This document shows, one piece after another, positions 33,672 through 34,945 of a stretch of DNA of 34,945 nt (within the stretch, counting starts at the first letter, position 1; each line of letters begins with the position of its first letter). The notes below the pieces were generated by a model. That model saw only the letters and a list, made by a program, of their open reading frames with translations, had not been told where the DNA came from and made no database searches. A program made the translations under genes and the position numbers. Source of the DNA: a virus (Duplodnaviria; Caudoviricetes); the IMG/VR virus record IMGVR_UViG_3300035561_000189, positions 1 through 34,945 of that record. One strand, written 5' to 3'.

Positions 33672-34889
33672 ATGGGCAGAAGAATTTCAGATGGAAAAAG
33701 CGTTAAGGTAGCCGTACCGGCAAATACGATAATCAATGCCGGTGATTTTGTTTTACTGGACGGCTTTTTAGGACTGGCAGTTCAGGGTATTCAGACCGAT
33801 GCAGACGGCAAGGTAATTAGCTATAAGGGGGAAACTGTTCCCGCTGGACTGGTCCCGGCAGAAATCACTCTGAATATCGAAGAAGCTGAATACGAAACAA
33901 AACAGATTGATGTCGCGGATGGTTTTAACAAGGGCGATAAGGTCTACTGGGATGCCGGCAATAAGTGGTTTACCACCGTTGTAGCGGACGGCAAATTCTG
34001 CGGCGCAGTAACCTCGGCCAAAGATGTTAATAACGTTATCTGGCTGCAGTTTGTGGGGTTTGAATTTCCCTTCAGTGATACTACCCTGCCACCGGCAGGA
34101 GCAGTTGCCGACCTTACGCCCGGCAATGCCCAGGGTGTCCAGGCTGCACTTGGAACCGGCGTAGTGAATAACAACAATGCCATTACCTGGACGGCAAGAA
34201 AAGTTGGAGACGAAGGCAACGATATCACGGTTGCTATGGTTGACCCGGGGGCAGCCAGCCAGGTATTGAGCGTTGCCGTAGTAGATACTGACATTACGGT
34301 AAACCTGGCCACTGATGCGGGTACGGCTTCCAGTGGCACCACCGGCGTTGAGGGAAATAACAACGGCCTGACCTGGACTGCGCAGGAAGTTGGCGTGCAG
34401 GGTGATAATATCGTAATCGTTCTGGAGGACCCGGATGACATCAACCAGGTTCTGGCGATTACGGTAACGGGTACTACCATTGTGGCCAGCCTGGCAACTG
34501 ACGGCGCCGGAGCGATAACTACCACCGCTACGCAGCTAAAAGCAGCCATAGAAGCCGATGCAGGCGCGTCGGCCCTGGTTGCGGTAGATCATACGGGAGG
34601 ATCTACCGGCGCTGCTGCGGTAACGGATGAAGTAGAACAGCTTTCCGGCGGTGTTGACCCGGCCATTTCCAGCACGGCGGCGCAGGTTATTGCAGCCGTT
34701 AATGGTAATGTAGATGCTTCTGCGCTGGTCATAGCGAGCAATACGGGAGCATCTACCGGCGCTGGTCTGGTTGCCGCAGTAGCAAAAACCAACCTGGTCG
34801 GCGGAGTGGACAGCGAGGGGCAGCAGTCCCTGGTCAAGATAAACGAACTGTTGGCCAGCTTACGGGCAGCCGGGCACTTGGCTATCTAA
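33672..34889 (+). CDS. DUF2190-like head decoration protein fused to head-fibre-like nested domains
   Basis: N-terminal GDFV..DGFLGLA...GDKVYWD...G.V; C-terminal KINELLASLRAAG; internal repeats. Confidence 0.65.
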   Translation: MGRRISDGKSVKVAVPANTIINAGDFVLLDGFLGLAVQGIQTDADGKVISYKGETVPAGLVPAEITLNIEEAEYETKQIDVADGFNKGDKVYWDAGNKWFTTVVADGKFCGAVTSAKDVNNVIWLQFVGFEFPFSDTTLPPAGAVADLTPGNAQGVQAALGTGVVNNNNAITWTARKVGDEGNDITVAMVDPGAASQVLSVAVVDTDITVNLATDAGTASSGTTGVEGNNNGLTWTAQEVGVQGDNIVIVLEDPDDINQVLAITVTGTTIVASLATDGAGAITTTATQLKAAIEADAGASALVAVDHTGGSTGAAAVTDEVEQLSGGVDPAISSTAAQVIAAVNGNVDASALVIASNTGASTGAGLVAAVAKTNLVGGVDSEGQQSLVKINELLASLRAAGHLAI

Positions 34890-34945
34890 GGGGGGTAATA
34901 CAACTAAATAAACCATAGAAATATATGACCTTTTATGATATAATA

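Larger units (their letters stand above)
1328..34945. mobile_element. temperate prophage (left part; continues beyond the window)
   Basis: att-like tRNA fragment, integrase, repressor switch, replication, terminase, portal and head genes in canonical order. Confidence 0.95.

Overview
Most of the window (from about 1,330 to the end) is the left ~33.6 kb of a temperate phage of a Firmicute, probably a spore-forming clostridial host. It lies next to the 3' half of a tRNA-Sec (selC) gene, which is the likely att core. Modules in order are: (1) flanking genes (four-helix-bundle start, DUF5652-like membrane protein, internally deleted TerC); (2) lysogeny module (tyrosine integrase, DinD, ImmA-like protease, HsdR-N nuclease, ImmR-like repressor, divergent Cro and Xis); (3) small early genes including a stand-alone Spo0A DNA-binding domain followed by a structured non-coding segment; (4) a large recombination/replication block (putative SSB, DinG Fe-S helicase, a Rad50/SbcC split into three genes, Mre11/SbcD, SF2 helicase, primase-DUF927 helicase) and an iteron origin; (5) Myb-repeat protein, VRR-NUC and a RinA/ArpU activator; (6) packaging and head genes, with a tnpB-only IS605-family element at the terS/terL overlap, an HNH endonuclease, portal, MuF-like protein with a C-terminal HExxH domain, protease/scaffold and a nested-domain head-fibre/decoration protein. 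The most notable oddities are the tripartite Rad50 module, tiny antisense RNA cassettes in front of regulator genes, the Spo0A_C plus ncRNA unit, and the TnpB whose predicted guide matches the empty terS/terL junction. All family assignments come from motif recognition by eye; no searches were run.
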